This document shows positions 1 to 9,573 of a stretch of 64,000 nucleotides of DNA, one piece after another. The stretch is from contig CAVXYC010000027.1 of the NCBI GenBank assembly GCA_963765765.1, positions 128,001 to 192,000 of the forward strand, read 5' to 3'. The stretch is from an uncultured Chloroflexia bacterium. GTDB lineage: Bacteria; Chloroflexota; UBA6077; JACCZL01. The translations under genes were made by a program, and so were the position numbers. Numbering within the stretch: position 1 is the first letter of the stretch; every line of letters starts with the position of its first letter. The notes beneath the pieces are model-generated. The model saw only the letters and a program-made list of their open reading frames with translations. It was not told the origin of the DNA and did no database searches.

Positions 1-429
1 ACGCCAGACGAGGTGCTGGAAAGTATCCAGCGAGCATTCCAGCGATTCGACATCGTGGAAGGTGATGTCCTTGTTGCGTTGGCCATCGACTGGGCCGGCA
101 CTCCGCGTTATCCGCTCCTGCGGAACATCGCAGAGGGCATTGCCAAGGGTCTCGCGAACACGATCGCCACGAAACAGCCTCTAGTGCTGGTCTTTGCCAA
201 TGACTTTGGCAAGCTCATCGGCGACATCATGCGCGAAGAATTCGGGGTCCAGGGGCAGATCATCTCCATCGATAGCATCGTGCTCCAGGAGTTCGACTAC
301 ATCGACGTCGGTGAAGTCATCCGCCCGGCGTTCGTGGTTCCAGTCGTTGTCAAGTCACTCGTGTTCCCGGAGATCGTCACAGCCGACGCGGCGGAAGTCG
401 CTGAAGCGTACTCGGGGGCGAAGCAGTAG
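1..429 (+). CDS. eutA: EutA-family (ethanolamine ammonia-lyase reactivase-like) protein, C-terminal part; 5' end outside the window
   Basis: Frame is open from base 1; C-terminus DFGKLIG...ISIDSIVLQEFDYIDVGEVI...VPVVVKSLVF matches the EutA family tail. Confidence 0.75.
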   Translation, partial: TPDEVLESIQRAFQRFDIVEGDVLVALAIDWAGTPRYPLLRNIAEGIAKGLANTIATKQPLVLVFANDFGKLIGDIMREEFGVQGQIISIDSIVLQEFDYIDVGEVIRPAFVVPVVVKSLVFPEIVTADAAEVAEAYSGAKQ

Positions 430-535
430 TTCACGCTCTGGTAGAGAGGCATGGCCCGACGCTGCCTCTCTACCAACATCAATCAGTTTCTGCCCGCTAT
501 CGATTAACGCCACGCTCATCAGCACGGGAGGAGAC

Positions 536-1579
536 ATGGCTGATACAGAGGTCCGATTGCGCGTTGACGCGTACGGTGAATGGGCTGCCGCTCAAGGCGT
601 ACCCATTCTTACGGGCCACTATGTGGAAGATCTCAACACCGTTGAGTTAGCCCCCTGGGAGATGATCGAGGGCCGCGGCGCCATCATCAATCTAACGGGC
701 TCTGAGCAAACGTCCGGCGCTTATGTTGCAGAGATCCCTCCGGGACAGAGCCTCAAGCCACAGCGGCATCTCTACGAGGAGATTATCCACATCCTCAGCG
801 GCCGAGGCGCCACGACCGTGTGGCAATCCGAAGACGGGGCGAAGCACTCCTTCGAGTGGGGTCCCGGCAGTCTGTTTGCCGTTCCGCTCAACGCGGCGTA
901 TCAGATGCACAACGGCCAGGCCGGTGACCCAGTCAGGTTCGTGGCGGTTCACACCGCGCCGCTGTTGATGAACTATTTCCACAATCCCGACTTCATCTTC
1001 GCGAATCCATTCCGATTTAATGATCGCTTCGACGGTCGCGGTGACTTCTTCAGTGGAGACGGCCGGCACCTCGAGACCCGCAGCCTGGAGATCAACTTCC
1101 TCTCCGATGTCCGATCACTTGGACTCGAGACGTGGGTCGAGCGCGGCGGCGGCGGCACCTCGATGGGCTTTGAGCTCTCGAGCAACACGTTCGGCTCGCA
1201 CGTCTCCGAATTTCAACCGGGCAACTACAAGAAGGGTCATCGTCACGGCGGCGGCGCCCACATTCTGATCCTGCACGGAGAGGGCTACAGCTTGATGTGG
1301 CCGGACGACGAGGACTGGATCAAAGTGGACTGGAAACCCGGAGCATTCTTCTCTCCCCCGGACGTCTGGTGGCATCAGCACTTCAACGTCAGTGACGGCC
1401 AGGCTCGTTATCTGGCTTTTCGGTGGGGCAGCCGGAAATTCAGCATGCCGCGGCTCTTTCAGCCTGACAAACGCGTGGGCTCTGGCAAGAGTCAAATCGA
1501 ATACGAGGAAGAGGATCCGCGCGTCCGACAAATCTTTGATGAAGAGTGTGCGAAATGGAAGACCCGCGCGGGAAAGTAG
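536..1579 (+). CDS. Bicupin protein (gentisate 1,2-dioxygenase-like fold), paralog 1
   Basis: GGAGGAG RBS before ATG 536; two cupin repeats with QRHLYEE, YKKGHRHGGGAH and WWHQHFN. Confidence 0.8.
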   Translation: MADTEVRLRVDAYGEWAAAQGVPILTGHYVEDLNTVELAPWEMIEGRGAIINLTGSEQTSGAYVAEIPPGQSLKPQRHLYEEIIHILSGRGATTVWQSEDGAKHSFEWGPGSLFAVPLNAAYQMHNGQAGDPVRFVAVHTAPLLMNYFHNPDFIFANPFRFNDRFDGRGDFFSGDGRHLETRSLEINFLSDVRSLGLETWVERGGGGTSMGFELSSNTFGSHVSEFQPGNYKKGHRHGGGAHILILHGEGYSLMWPDDEDWIKVDWKPGAFFSPPDVWWHQHFNVSDGQARYLAFRWGSRKFSMPRLFQPDKRVGSGKSQIEYEEEDPRVRQIFDEECAKWKTRAGK

Positions 1580-1659
1580 TGCCGTTTTCAATTTTGGCCG
1601 CGGCCTGCTAGAGTTGGATTCGGCAATGCGGGCCAATTGCTGCACCAAAGGAGTTCATT

Positions 1660-2736
1660 GTGACTGCAACCCCAATGCTTGGCCGTAGAAGTACCTACGC
1701 CAAATTTGTCCAGAGCGAAGGCATCCCCTTGATCGAGGGATCGTACATCGAAGACCTCAAGACTGTGGAAGTGCAGCCGTGGGCTCGTCGCGATGTACGC
1801 GGCGCCTACATCAACCACGACGCCAGTGATATCTCCAACGACTGTTACGTGATGGAGATTCCGCCAGGAAAAGAGAGCGCACCGCAGCACCAGATGTTTG
1901 AGGAGATGATCTACGTTCTCCAGGGACGTGGTGCTACCACCGTCTGGACGGACGGCGGCAAGAAGCATCACTTCGAATGGGGACCCGGCGCGCTCTTTGG
2001 GATTCCACTGAACGCGTGGCATCAGCACTTCAATGCGTCGGGCAGTGAGAATGTCCGATACCTCGGTGTCACCAGCGCTCCGGTATCGATCAACACCTTC
2101 GCAAGCACGGACTTCGTCTTCAACTGCGACTACAAGTTCACGGATCGTTTCACCGGTGAGGAGGATTACTTCAGCGGCAAGGGTACTCAGACCGGCATGG
2201 TCTGGGAGACCAACTTCGTCGCGAACGTTCCTGACTACGCGCTTCTGGACTACAAGGCGCGCGGCGCGGGCGGGCGGAACATCAAGTTCACGCTCTGCAA
2301 GAACCAGATGGGCGCCCACGTCTCCGAGTTCCCGGTGGGCACGTACAAGAAGGGCCACCGACACGGGCCAGGAGCGCACGTCGTCGTCATCGGCGGCGAG
2401 GGATACTCACTCATGTGGAAGCAGGGTGAGGAGATCAAGAAGTACGACTGGCACGTCGGCAGCCTGGTCATTCCCCCGGATCGAACGTTCCACCAGCACT
2501 TCAATGTTGGCGCATCACCCGCTCGCTATCTGGCCCTGCGCTTCAGTGGCAACACCGAGATGCTCACCTACGACCCCAACAATCTGCCCATGGGTCAGCG
2601 CAGCGTCAGCATTGGCGGGGACCAGTTCGAGTACGACGAGCAGGATCCGTACATTCACGATACCTTCGTGAAAGAGTGTGCCAAGCACGGCGTCGAAGTG
2701 AAGATGAAAGAGTTCCTGCCCGTCGGTAAAGCGTAG
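1660..2736 (+). CDS. Bicupin protein, paralog 2
   Basis: AAGGAG RBS, GTG start; QHQMFEE, WHQHFN, YKKGHRHGPGAH and FHQHFN; colinear with 536..1579. Confidence 0.8.
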   Translation: MTATPMLGRRSTYAKFVQSEGIPLIEGSYIEDLKTVEVQPWARRDVRGAYINHDASDISNDCYVMEIPPGKESAPQHQMFEEMIYVLQGRGATTVWTDGGKKHHFEWGPGALFGIPLNAWHQHFNASGSENVRYLGVTSAPVSINTFASTDFVFNCDYKFTDRFTGEEDYFSGKGTQTGMVWETNFVANVPDYALLDYKARGAGGRNIKFTLCKNQMGAHVSEFPVGTYKKGHRHGPGAHVVVIGGEGYSLMWKQGEEIKKYDWHVGSLVIPPDRTFHQHFNVGASPARYLALRFSGNTEMLTYDPNNLPMGQRSVSIGGDQFEYDEQDPYIHDTFVKECAKHGVEVKMKEFLPVGKA

Positions 2737-2762
2737 CCAGCACCTTTGCTTGAGAGTGCAAT

Positions 2763-2810
2763 ATGGGGCCAGTGGAGGGCTATATGCCTGCCACTGGCCC
2801 CATTTTTATT
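2763..2810. terminator. Intrinsic terminator between convergent genes
   Basis: ATGGGGCCAGTGG...CCACTGGCCCCAT stem followed by a T-run. Confidence 0.75.
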
Positions 2811-3705
2811 TCGCCCTGCGCGCCTCTAACTCATCAAGTGTCTTCGGCCAATCGCCCTTGAGTAATCGGGACAGGCCTCGATCCGCGAGGAGCTTTCCGC
2901 CGGTCTGGCACCGGGCGCAGTAGTTACACTCATTCTCTGCGTAGACGATTCGCTGCACGGGCGCGCCGCAGTCCGGGCAGGGCTTACCGTATCGGCCGTG
3001 GACCGCCATCTCCGCCCGAAATGCCGTCACCTTCTCAGGGAGACCATCCCCAGCTTCAGCGCGCAGCCGCTCCAGCCAGAGCTGAAGCGTCACCAGGGTA
3101 GCATCGAACAGCCTCTCGATCTCCTCATCCGTCAACTGACGCGTAAGACGAATTGGGGAAAGGCGTGCACGATGAAGAATCTCATCCGAATACGCGTTCC
3201 CGATCCCGCTGAAGAGATCAGGATCGGTGAGCGACCGCTTGACTGTGTGGCTCTCTGAGCGCAGCACTTCGGCAAACTCAGCGAGGCTTGACTCGAGTAC
3301 CTCCAGACCGCCCCGATCGAGCTCTGCCAGGCCACTGGCGCCTCGCACGACGTGAATGGCCGCGCGTTTTTTACTGCTGGCCTCGGTCAGCGTCATGGTA
3401 CCCGAAGCGAAATCGAATGCTGCGAGTCCGATCTTTCCAGGGACCTTAGCTCCCGGCTCCTTCCAGTGGAGTCGACCGGCGATCATCAAATGGATCGAAA
3501 GATACAGATCGTTGTCGAAGCCGAGCACGATCTGCTTGCCAAGCCGCTGCACGTTGACGAGCGTGGCGCCCTCAACCGCGTGGATGGGCGGATCGAAGGT
3601 CCGAACGAGGAACGGACTGGCAATGCGTACTTTGTTGAGCACCTGCCCGCCAGCCAGTGACTGGATGCGCTCAACGTAAACGGCGACGTCCGGCAGCTCA
3701 GGCAT
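2806..3705 (-). CDS. Fpg/Nei-family DNA glycosylase/AP lyase
   Basis: N-terminal PELPD, HLMIAG, SGIGNAYSDEIL (H2TH), C-terminal CPDC...CARCQ zinc finger. Confidence 0.9.
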   Translation of the reverse strand: MPELPDVAVYVERIQSLAGGQVLNKVRIASPFLVRTFDPPIHAVEGATLVNVQRLGKQIVLGFDNDLYLSIHLMIAGRLHWKEPGAKVPGKIGLAAFDFASGTMTLTEASSKKRAAIHVVRGASGLAELDRGGLEVLESSLAEFAEVLRSESHTVKRSLTDPDLFSGIGNAYSDEILHRARLSPIRLTRQLTDEEIERLFDATLVTLQLWLERLRAEAGDGLPEKVTAFRAEMAVHGRYGKPCPDCGAPVQRIVYAENECNYCARCQTGGKLLADRGLSRLLKGDWPKTLDELEARRAK

Positions 3706-4042
3706 CTGTCACTTTCACGTTGCTGGGCAGCCACTCATAGACGCTCAAATCGCACCGACCTCGTGGGTCGAACAGGACTCCCTCCACTTCCAGCATCGAC
3801 CGACGATGGGCGCCCTCGGTAGTGCTCGCATCGCCACTGACGGCGCCGAATCGATTGATCACTCGATGCGCCGGCACGTCTTCCGGACACACGGCCATTG
3901 CCCACCCAACTTCTCGCGCTTTTCGCGGATCGCCCAGCAGGCGTGCAATTGAGCCATAGGTAATGACTCGGCCTTCCGGAACGCGCCTGACGAGGCGGTA
4001 AACCTGTTCGTTAAATGACGGCCTCGTCGCTGGTGTGTTCAG
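3698..4042 (-). CDS. Alkyltransferase-like (ATL/MGMT family) protein; start uncertain (CTG 4042, or ATG 4055 with a 1-nt indel)
   Basis: Manual in-frame extension of the 66-aa ORF reads SFNEQVYRLVRRVPEGRVITYGSIARLLGDPRKAREVGWAM...VPAHRVIN...LEVEGV. Confidence 0.8.
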   Translation of the reverse strand: MNTPATRPSFNEQVYRLVRRVPEGRVITYGSIARLLGDPRKAREVGWAMAVCPEDVPAHRVINRFGAVSGDASTTEGAHRRSMLEVEGVLFDPRGRCDLSVYEWLPSNVKVTDA

Positions 4043-4524
4043 TGCAATCGTGCATATGTTGCCACTTCCACATTCGAGGGAAACCCAACCCCTGCAGCAG
4101 CCCTTCGCGTTATAGCAGTTGATAACGATGCGTACTGCGCCGCGGAATGGAAAAGTGGCGACTCCCGGGAAGACGGGCTGCCGAGACGCTCATCACAGTG
4201 TTCGTCCTCACGAGGAGCGACCGTTGGTTGGTCAGGCATTCGCCATTGCGCTCAAGGATGGCCAGGGCATCGTAAGCGCCCCGCAACACGTGACTCCAGA
4301 GCGAGCACGTGGCCTTCGTTCGCGCAAGCCGAACCGATGTCTTACTGGTTTAGTTCAACCTCGCGCTAGCCTTTGCATGCGAGCGGTATGAAGCCAGCGT
4401 CGCCCTTGAATGATTTGGTCGAGCCCCGCTACGCTAGGTCGAGTTAGGAGGAAACTTGGCGTGCCAGCAGTTGGTCAATATTGAGTTAGGGTTAAGCCGG
4501 GCAATGAATTACTGATGACTGCGC

Positions 4525-4567
4525 AAAAAGAAAAAGCCACGCGCGAGCGACTTTCGCCGCGTGGCTT
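4525..4567 (-). terminator. Intrinsic terminator
   Basis: AAGCCACGCG/CGCGTGGCTT stem with a T-run on the minus strand. Confidence 0.7.
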
Positions 4568-4574
4568 CCGTATG

Positions 4575-5392
4575 GAGACTCGTTTGCTGTTCACGATACG
4601 CTGAGAAACATGGTATGCCCACAGCACCTCGGCGATCTTCTGCGTCAAATCTCCTCGCTGCCTGCGTTTGTCGCGTCCGTAAAGGTACAGGACTGAAACC
4701 GACGTTATTATTTTGCTGCACGATGCGGTGATGGAGCATGAGCTGATCCTTTCCATCACAGTCGTTGCAGGCGCTGAGCGCCGAAGTCTGCTCGACCATA
4801 TTCTGGATATCGAATTTGAATGAGCCCTTCCGCTCATCACGAGCCGCTTGCTCGGGAAAGCGCTCATTTTTCGACGTCTCATCCTTAAAGAGCTGCTTGG
4901 CCTGATCGGCAGTCTTCGTCACGTAGACGGTGTGATCGATAACTCTCGGTCCCAGCGTGTCCGCTGAGCCGGTATCGTCTCGGCGCTCATATCGACCGCG
5001 TGCCCAGGTGCCCTTATCGTCAGCACCGTCTTCAAATCGGTACTGAGTTGCTTCCTTACCAGCATCCGCAAGTTTGAAGACGAGATCCGTAGCTGGGCCC
5101 GTGTAAAGGCCAGAGCCCGTCTGACGGGGCGCAGGCGACGATGGAGCTGACTCAGACTGCGCTGCGGGGCAGACTCCTGGGTGACAACGGGCGGATTTAC
5201 GGGCCGACACTCGGGAAGTGCAGCGTTATCCTTGTCTTCGCAGTCGACCTCGTTACTTGTTTCGACCTTCTTCTTTTCGTCGCCGTCATCGGCCCAGACC
5301 GGTCCAATGAGCGACAAGCCCAGAAGCACTGCGAAGAATAATGATGTACGTCTACCAAGGAAGTTTTTTCTCAAGCGATTAGGACCTCTCAT
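4575..5392 (-). CDS. Hypothetical secreted protein, broken by apparent frameshifts (near 5160 and 4698); 3' end approximate
   Basis: Signal-peptide-like start (MRGPNRLRK...FFAVLLGLSLIGPVWA) in ORF 4919..5491, continuing in frames 4509..5210 and 4475..4882; ends before the terminator. Confidence 0.5.
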
Positions 5393-5680
5393 ATCAGGGT
5401 TGCATTCAGGGAGGCGTACCAGGCGGAGATACGAGCCCGCTAGTTTCCCCGAGCAGTTCAACGACTCACAACGATAACGGTTGCGTCGCATGATGGCCTG
5501 GAACTTAACTCGTCGAGATTCCTGAGGATGAGTCCTGAAGAGGGGAACCCCTTCATCAAGCGAGCTAGTAAGAGGTGGGGTCTCGTCAAACTCAGTGCGG
5601 AATGCCTAATCCCAATGACTGCGCGATGTCCGCGGCGAGGACCAACAGCGAGGCCCGCGCCAGAATATTTCGACGGGACG

Positions 5681-6223
5681 TCAACCCTCGGGCGGGGTGA
5701 GAGCCGCCACGAGGCGCGGAATCGTATCCACGGCGGGGGCCGGCGCTCCTGGTCTATCCAGGTCATGGAGCAAACGCTCCAGTCTCGCCCGCACGAACGT
5801 CTGCTCTTCGAGTGAATAGAGCGGCGATGAGATCTCCGATTCCAGGGAGCGGAGGCGCCAGGCCATCCGTTGCCCCGGATCATCTCCGAGAGTCGCGAAC
5901 GCTCCATCAATGTCGCGAATGACCGCTCGAACCGCGCCGTTGACCGCTCCGAGCTGCACGTTTACGTCTCGACGGGAACGACCGTCTGCATCGGGGGCGC
6001 TATGCTGGAGCATCACTACCCCCCAGTCCTTGAGTGCGTCAACCGCCGAGTGATTTAAATTCTCCGCAAGTGAGTCATCCGACCGAAGCCGTTGCGAGAG
6101 CAGATCGATTTCCGCATTCACATCAGCGTCTGTGGCGGTCTCTTCGTCTCCCGGTCTTGAACGACCGAGCAGAGAGTCGATGAATCTCCAGGGGAATACC
6201 GGGCATGGACTATCCAGCCTCAA
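5681..6223 (-). CDS. Hypothetical helical protein
   Basis: 180-aa ORF overlapping the ABC gene stop; protein-like composition; start uncertain. Confidence 0.55.
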   Translation of the reverse strand: MRLDSPCPVFPWRFIDSLLGRSRPGDEETATDADVNAEIDLLSQRLRSDDSLAENLNHSAVDALKDWGVVMLQHSAPDADGRSRRDVNVQLGAVNGAVRAVIRDIDGAFATLGDDPGQRMAWRLRSLESEISSPLYSLEEQTFVRARLERLLHDLDRPGAPAPAVDTIPRLVAALTPPEG

Positions 6224-8162
6224 CAGTTTCGAGCGCCGCTCGAAACTGAGTCTCGTAGAGCCGCGAATACAAGCCCCCCTGGAGTATCAGCTCCGCATGC
6301 GATCCACGTTCCACGATCCGTCCATGGTCCAGCACGAGGATGGTGTCGGCTGCCAGCACAGTGCTCAACCGGTGGGCAATCACGAGGCTGGTCCGGCCGA
6401 TCATCACCCGGCTAAGCGCATCACGGACCAGCGCTTCCGATTCAGAATCGAGATGAGCAGTTGCTTCATCAAGTACCAGGATGCGTGGATCCTTGAGAAT
6501 GACGCGCGCTATCGCCAGTCGTTGTTTCTCACCACCGGAAAGACGATAGCCTCGTTCGCCGACGATGGTCTCAAATCCTTCTGGAAGACCGGCGATGAAA
6601 TCGTAGATGTTGGCAGAGCGGCACGCCTCCTCTAACTGCGCGTCTGTCGCCACGGCGGAGGCGTAGAGCAGGTTGGAGCGGATCGAGTCATGGAAGAGAT
6701 AGGTCTCTTGCGTCACCATGCCGACCTGATTCACCAGTGATTCGAGCGAAACATCACGCAGATCATGCCCGTCTAGGAGGATCCGTCCGCGAGTTGGGTC
6801 GTAGAGTCGTGGAAGGAGGTAGGTCATGGTGGTCTTACCCGCTCCGCTCGGCCCCACGAGCGCAACGAGCTGCCCGGGCAGCATGTCAAAACTCACGTCC
6901 TGAAGTGCCCAACGGGTTTCACCCGGCTCCGTGGTCGCGATCTCCTTCTTCGGGCGTGGGCCACTCAAAGGCACATCCTCGACATGCCCACGTCGGCCTC
7001 GATTTGGTGCCGTTGAAAGCACGGCAAGCCGTGCCGATGCTGGAGGCTCAGAGTAGCTAAACCAGACGTGCTCTAGCTGGACTCGACCCTCCGCTTGCGT
7101 CAGCTCTATGGCATCGGCGCGCTCCTTTATCTCAGTTGGCAGATCGAGCACCTCAAAAACACGCTCGAAGCTCACGAGCGACGTCGCAAACTCAACACGC
7201 GCATTCGTCAGTGCGGCAAGCGGTCCATAGAGCTGTCCAAGATATGCGCCAAAGGCCACGACGGTACCTATGGTTAACGCATCCGTCAGAACGAAGTAGC
7301 CCCCAATCCAGAAGACGACCGCCATCCCCACTGCACTCACCAGACTGAGACCAAGGAAAAACCAACGGCCAATGAGAGCGGAACGGATGCCGATGTCTCG
7401 AACTCGCTCAGCGCGCTCAGCAAATCGTTCGGTCTCGGCGCGCTCTCTCCCGAATAGCTTGACGAGTAGCGCACCGCTCACGTTCAGAGTCTCATTCATG
7501 AGCGCGTTCATCTGAGCGTTGAGACCCATGCCTTCACGGGTCACCCTGCGTAGCACCTGTCCCACACGCCGAGCCGGAAGCACGAAGAGTGGCAGCAGTA
7601 GAACGCCTGCAAGCGTGAGGCGCCACTCCAGCGTAATCATGATGGCGAGTGCGGAGACCACCGCGATCAAGTTCGAGGCAATGTTGACAAGCGTGCTTGT
7701 GACAGCCTGCTGCGCGCCAACTACGTCGCTATTGAGACGAGCCATGAGCTCACCAGTCTTGCTCTCGGTAAAGAAGCGCAGCGACATCCGCTGCATATGG
7801 CCGTAGACGGCCTTACGCAAGTCAAAGATGATCCCCTCACCGATGCAAGAGCCCAGGTAACGCTGCCACACTCCCAACAGCCCAGAAATGACCGGTACGA
7901 GAACCATGCCTAGTGCCAGTAGGTTCAATTGGCGGAAGTCTCCCGAAGGAAGAGCGTGATCGATGAGCTGGCGAATCAGGAGAGGAGGAACGAGCGAAAG
8001 CAGCGTGATGGCCACGATAGTGGCAAGCATCACAGCAACGCGGACACCGTACGGTCGTGCATAGGCTGCCACTCGGCGAAGGACAGCGCGATTGACTACA
8101 GGTTGATCGCGCTGGTCATCGTAGCCGAGGAATGACCACCAGCCGCGATCTAAGGACATCAT
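6210..8162 (-). CDS. ABC exporter, fused permease/ATP-binding protein (MdlB/MsbA-like)
   Basis: N-terminal TM domain, Walker A GPSGAGKT, signature LSGGEKQR, Walker B ILVLDE, AHRLST. Confidence 0.93.
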   Translation of the reverse strand: MMSLDRGWWSFLGYDDQRDQPVVNRAVLRRVAAYARPYGVRVAVMLATIVAITLLSLVPPLLIRQLIDHALPSGDFRQLNLLALGMVLVPVISGLLGVWQRYLGSCIGEGIIFDLRKAVYGHMQRMSLRFFTESKTGELMARLNSDVVGAQQAVTSTLVNIASNLIAVVSALAIMITLEWRLTLAGVLLLPLFVLPARRVGQVLRRVTREGMGLNAQMNALMNETLNVSGALLVKLFGRERAETERFAERAERVRDIGIRSALIGRWFFLGLSLVSAVGMAVVFWIGGYFVLTDALTIGTVVAFGAYLGQLYGPLAALTNARVEFATSLVSFERVFEVLDLPTEIKERADAIELTQAEGRVQLEHVWFSYSEPPASARLAVLSTAPNRGRRGHVEDVPLSGPRPKKEIATTEPGETRWALQDVSFDMLPGQLVALVGPSGAGKTTMTYLLPRLYDPTRGRILLDGHDLRDVSLESLVNQVGMVTQETYLFHDSIRSNLLYASAVATDAQLEEACRSANIYDFIAGLPEGFETIVGERGYRLSGGEKQRLAIARVILKDPRILVLDEATAHLDSESEALVRDALSRVMIGRTSLVIAHRLSTVLAADTILVLDHGRIVERGSHAELILQGGLYSRLYETQFRAALETVEAG

Positions 8163-8168
8163 AGTGCG

Positions 8169-8174
8169 ATTATA
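8169..8174 (-). promoter_or_regulatory. -10 box positioned for a leaderless transcript of the ABC exporter
   Basis: Perfect TATAAT 6 nt upstream of ATG 8162; no Shine-Dalgarno. Confidence 0.55.
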
Positions 8175-8267
8175 CGGACGGCGGGCGGTGATCCGACGTG
8201 GGGCGACTGAAGTCTATCCCTGCTGTCAATCGCCTGCTGTCGATTCTCCGTCCCGTCCGTCGTGACG

Positions 8268-9377
8268 CTACTTGAAGAACGCCTTGTCGAAGATTTCGAT
8301 GTACTCGTTGTTGCGAGAGATCTGGTCGGGCGTCCGCCTGCTCGGGTTCACTTCGTTAAACGGCGGTAGGCCGGCAGACGGCGCGACACCTGGCAGCGCG
8401 GGATGCGAGTAGAGGTTATCCGTCATAGAACGCTGCCCGTCAGGCGAGGTCAGCCAGCTCACCCAGAGCTTGGCCGCATCCAGAGACGGGCCGTTTTTCA
8501 CAACGGCAATGGTGCCCGTCAGTACGGTAGAGCCACCGTCTCGTAGGTACTCCACCTTCACCGGGGCAGCCCGTTCCAGGTCGAACCATTCCCGCGTCGT
8601 TCCCAGCGGCAAGAACATGGCGTACTCGCCTCGGGCAATCTGGTGTGGGGCGGCGTCGCGGTCACGAACGAATGTCGGCTCTTGCCCTTTCAGCGCCTCC
8701 AGATAGGACTGCCCCGCTTGCTCGTAGATCATCGTGAAAACGTCAAGTCCTGGTCCGTTGGCGCGCGGATCCTCGAGAAGAATCTTTCCCTTACCCTTCC
8801 AGAACGGATCGAGGAGGTCTTCCTTCTTCATCGGGACCTTATCCGCCGGCACCAACTGCGTGTTGTAGATGTAGCCGAATAGGCTCTCCGTAGTAGCCCA
8901 ACGCACGCCGCCTGAGGTCAACGGAATCTCTGGGAGCTGCGAGGCCGTTGGGGGGCCCTCCCATTGCTCCAACATGCCCTGCTTGTCGACCGTGGTCATT
9001 GTTGTCTGGCCGTGGCTCACAACGTTGGCTATGAGCTTGCCGCTCGCTGCCTCTGCCTGAACACGCTGGATCATTTCGGGACCGCGCAGCAGGACCGTCT
9101 CGATCTCGATCTTGGGATAGTATTTGTGGAAATCTTTGACGATCTCATCGTACTCGGACCCGGTACCGCCATAGTGTGAGACCTTCACTCCACCCGATGC
9201 CTGCGCCTTCGTGTAGAAGTCGTCCAGCTTGGCCTTCACATCCGGGGAGTTGACGCTGGCAGACCCTCCACCGCTGGTGGAGGCGTTTCCTGGGGCAACC
9301 GCCCCACCGGAGCAAGCGGCAAGGACGACGGCCGCGAGTGCGATCCAGGTTAGCGCCGCGACACGATTCACGAGCAT
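8268..9377 (-). CDS. ABC transporter extracellular solute-binding lipoprotein (Fe3+/thiamine-like cluster)
   Basis: Lipobox LAAC, YNTQLV, IARGE, AAKLWVSWLTSPDGQ; purine-rich RBS before ATG 9377. Confidence 0.82.
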   Translation of the reverse strand: MLVNRVAALTWIALAAVVLAACSGGAVAPGNASTSGGGSASVNSPDVKAKLDDFYTKAQASGGVKVSHYGGTGSEYDEIVKDFHKYYPKIEIETVLLRGPEMIQRVQAEAASGKLIANVVSHGQTTMTTVDKQGMLEQWEGPPTASQLPEIPLTSGGVRWATTESLFGYIYNTQLVPADKVPMKKEDLLDPFWKGKGKILLEDPRANGPGLDVFTMIYEQAGQSYLEALKGQEPTFVRDRDAAPHQIARGEYAMFLPLGTTREWFDLERAAPVKVEYLRDGGSTVLTGTIAVVKNGPSLDAAKLWVSWLTSPDGQRSMTDNLYSHPALPGVAPSAGLPPFNEVNPSRRTPDQISRNNEYIEIFDKAFFK

Positions 9378-9573
9378 CGACTCTCTCCCTGTCCCCTCCG
9401 TCTGGAGGACGACACTCAGTGATGCTAGCAATGACCCGTGTCAAGGTTGAAGTATTTCAATAGCGGGCGCGAAGCGATTTTGGAGTGCGTCACGGAGGGT
9501 GATTGTCATTGGCCGTTTTCGCCACCCGCCCACCCGGTCTTGCTCCAAGTCGCCGTGCAGGCAATGCTCGAGC

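Noticed and set aside
194-535. N-terminal 114-aa extension of the first cupin in the ORF track
   Set aside because: Out-of-frame overlap with eutA, Ser/Arg-rich junk; a good RBS and paralog alignment support ATG 536
4080-4500. ncRNA or gene in the 400-nt gap
   Set aside because: No recognisable RNA motif, and the short ORFs lack coding character
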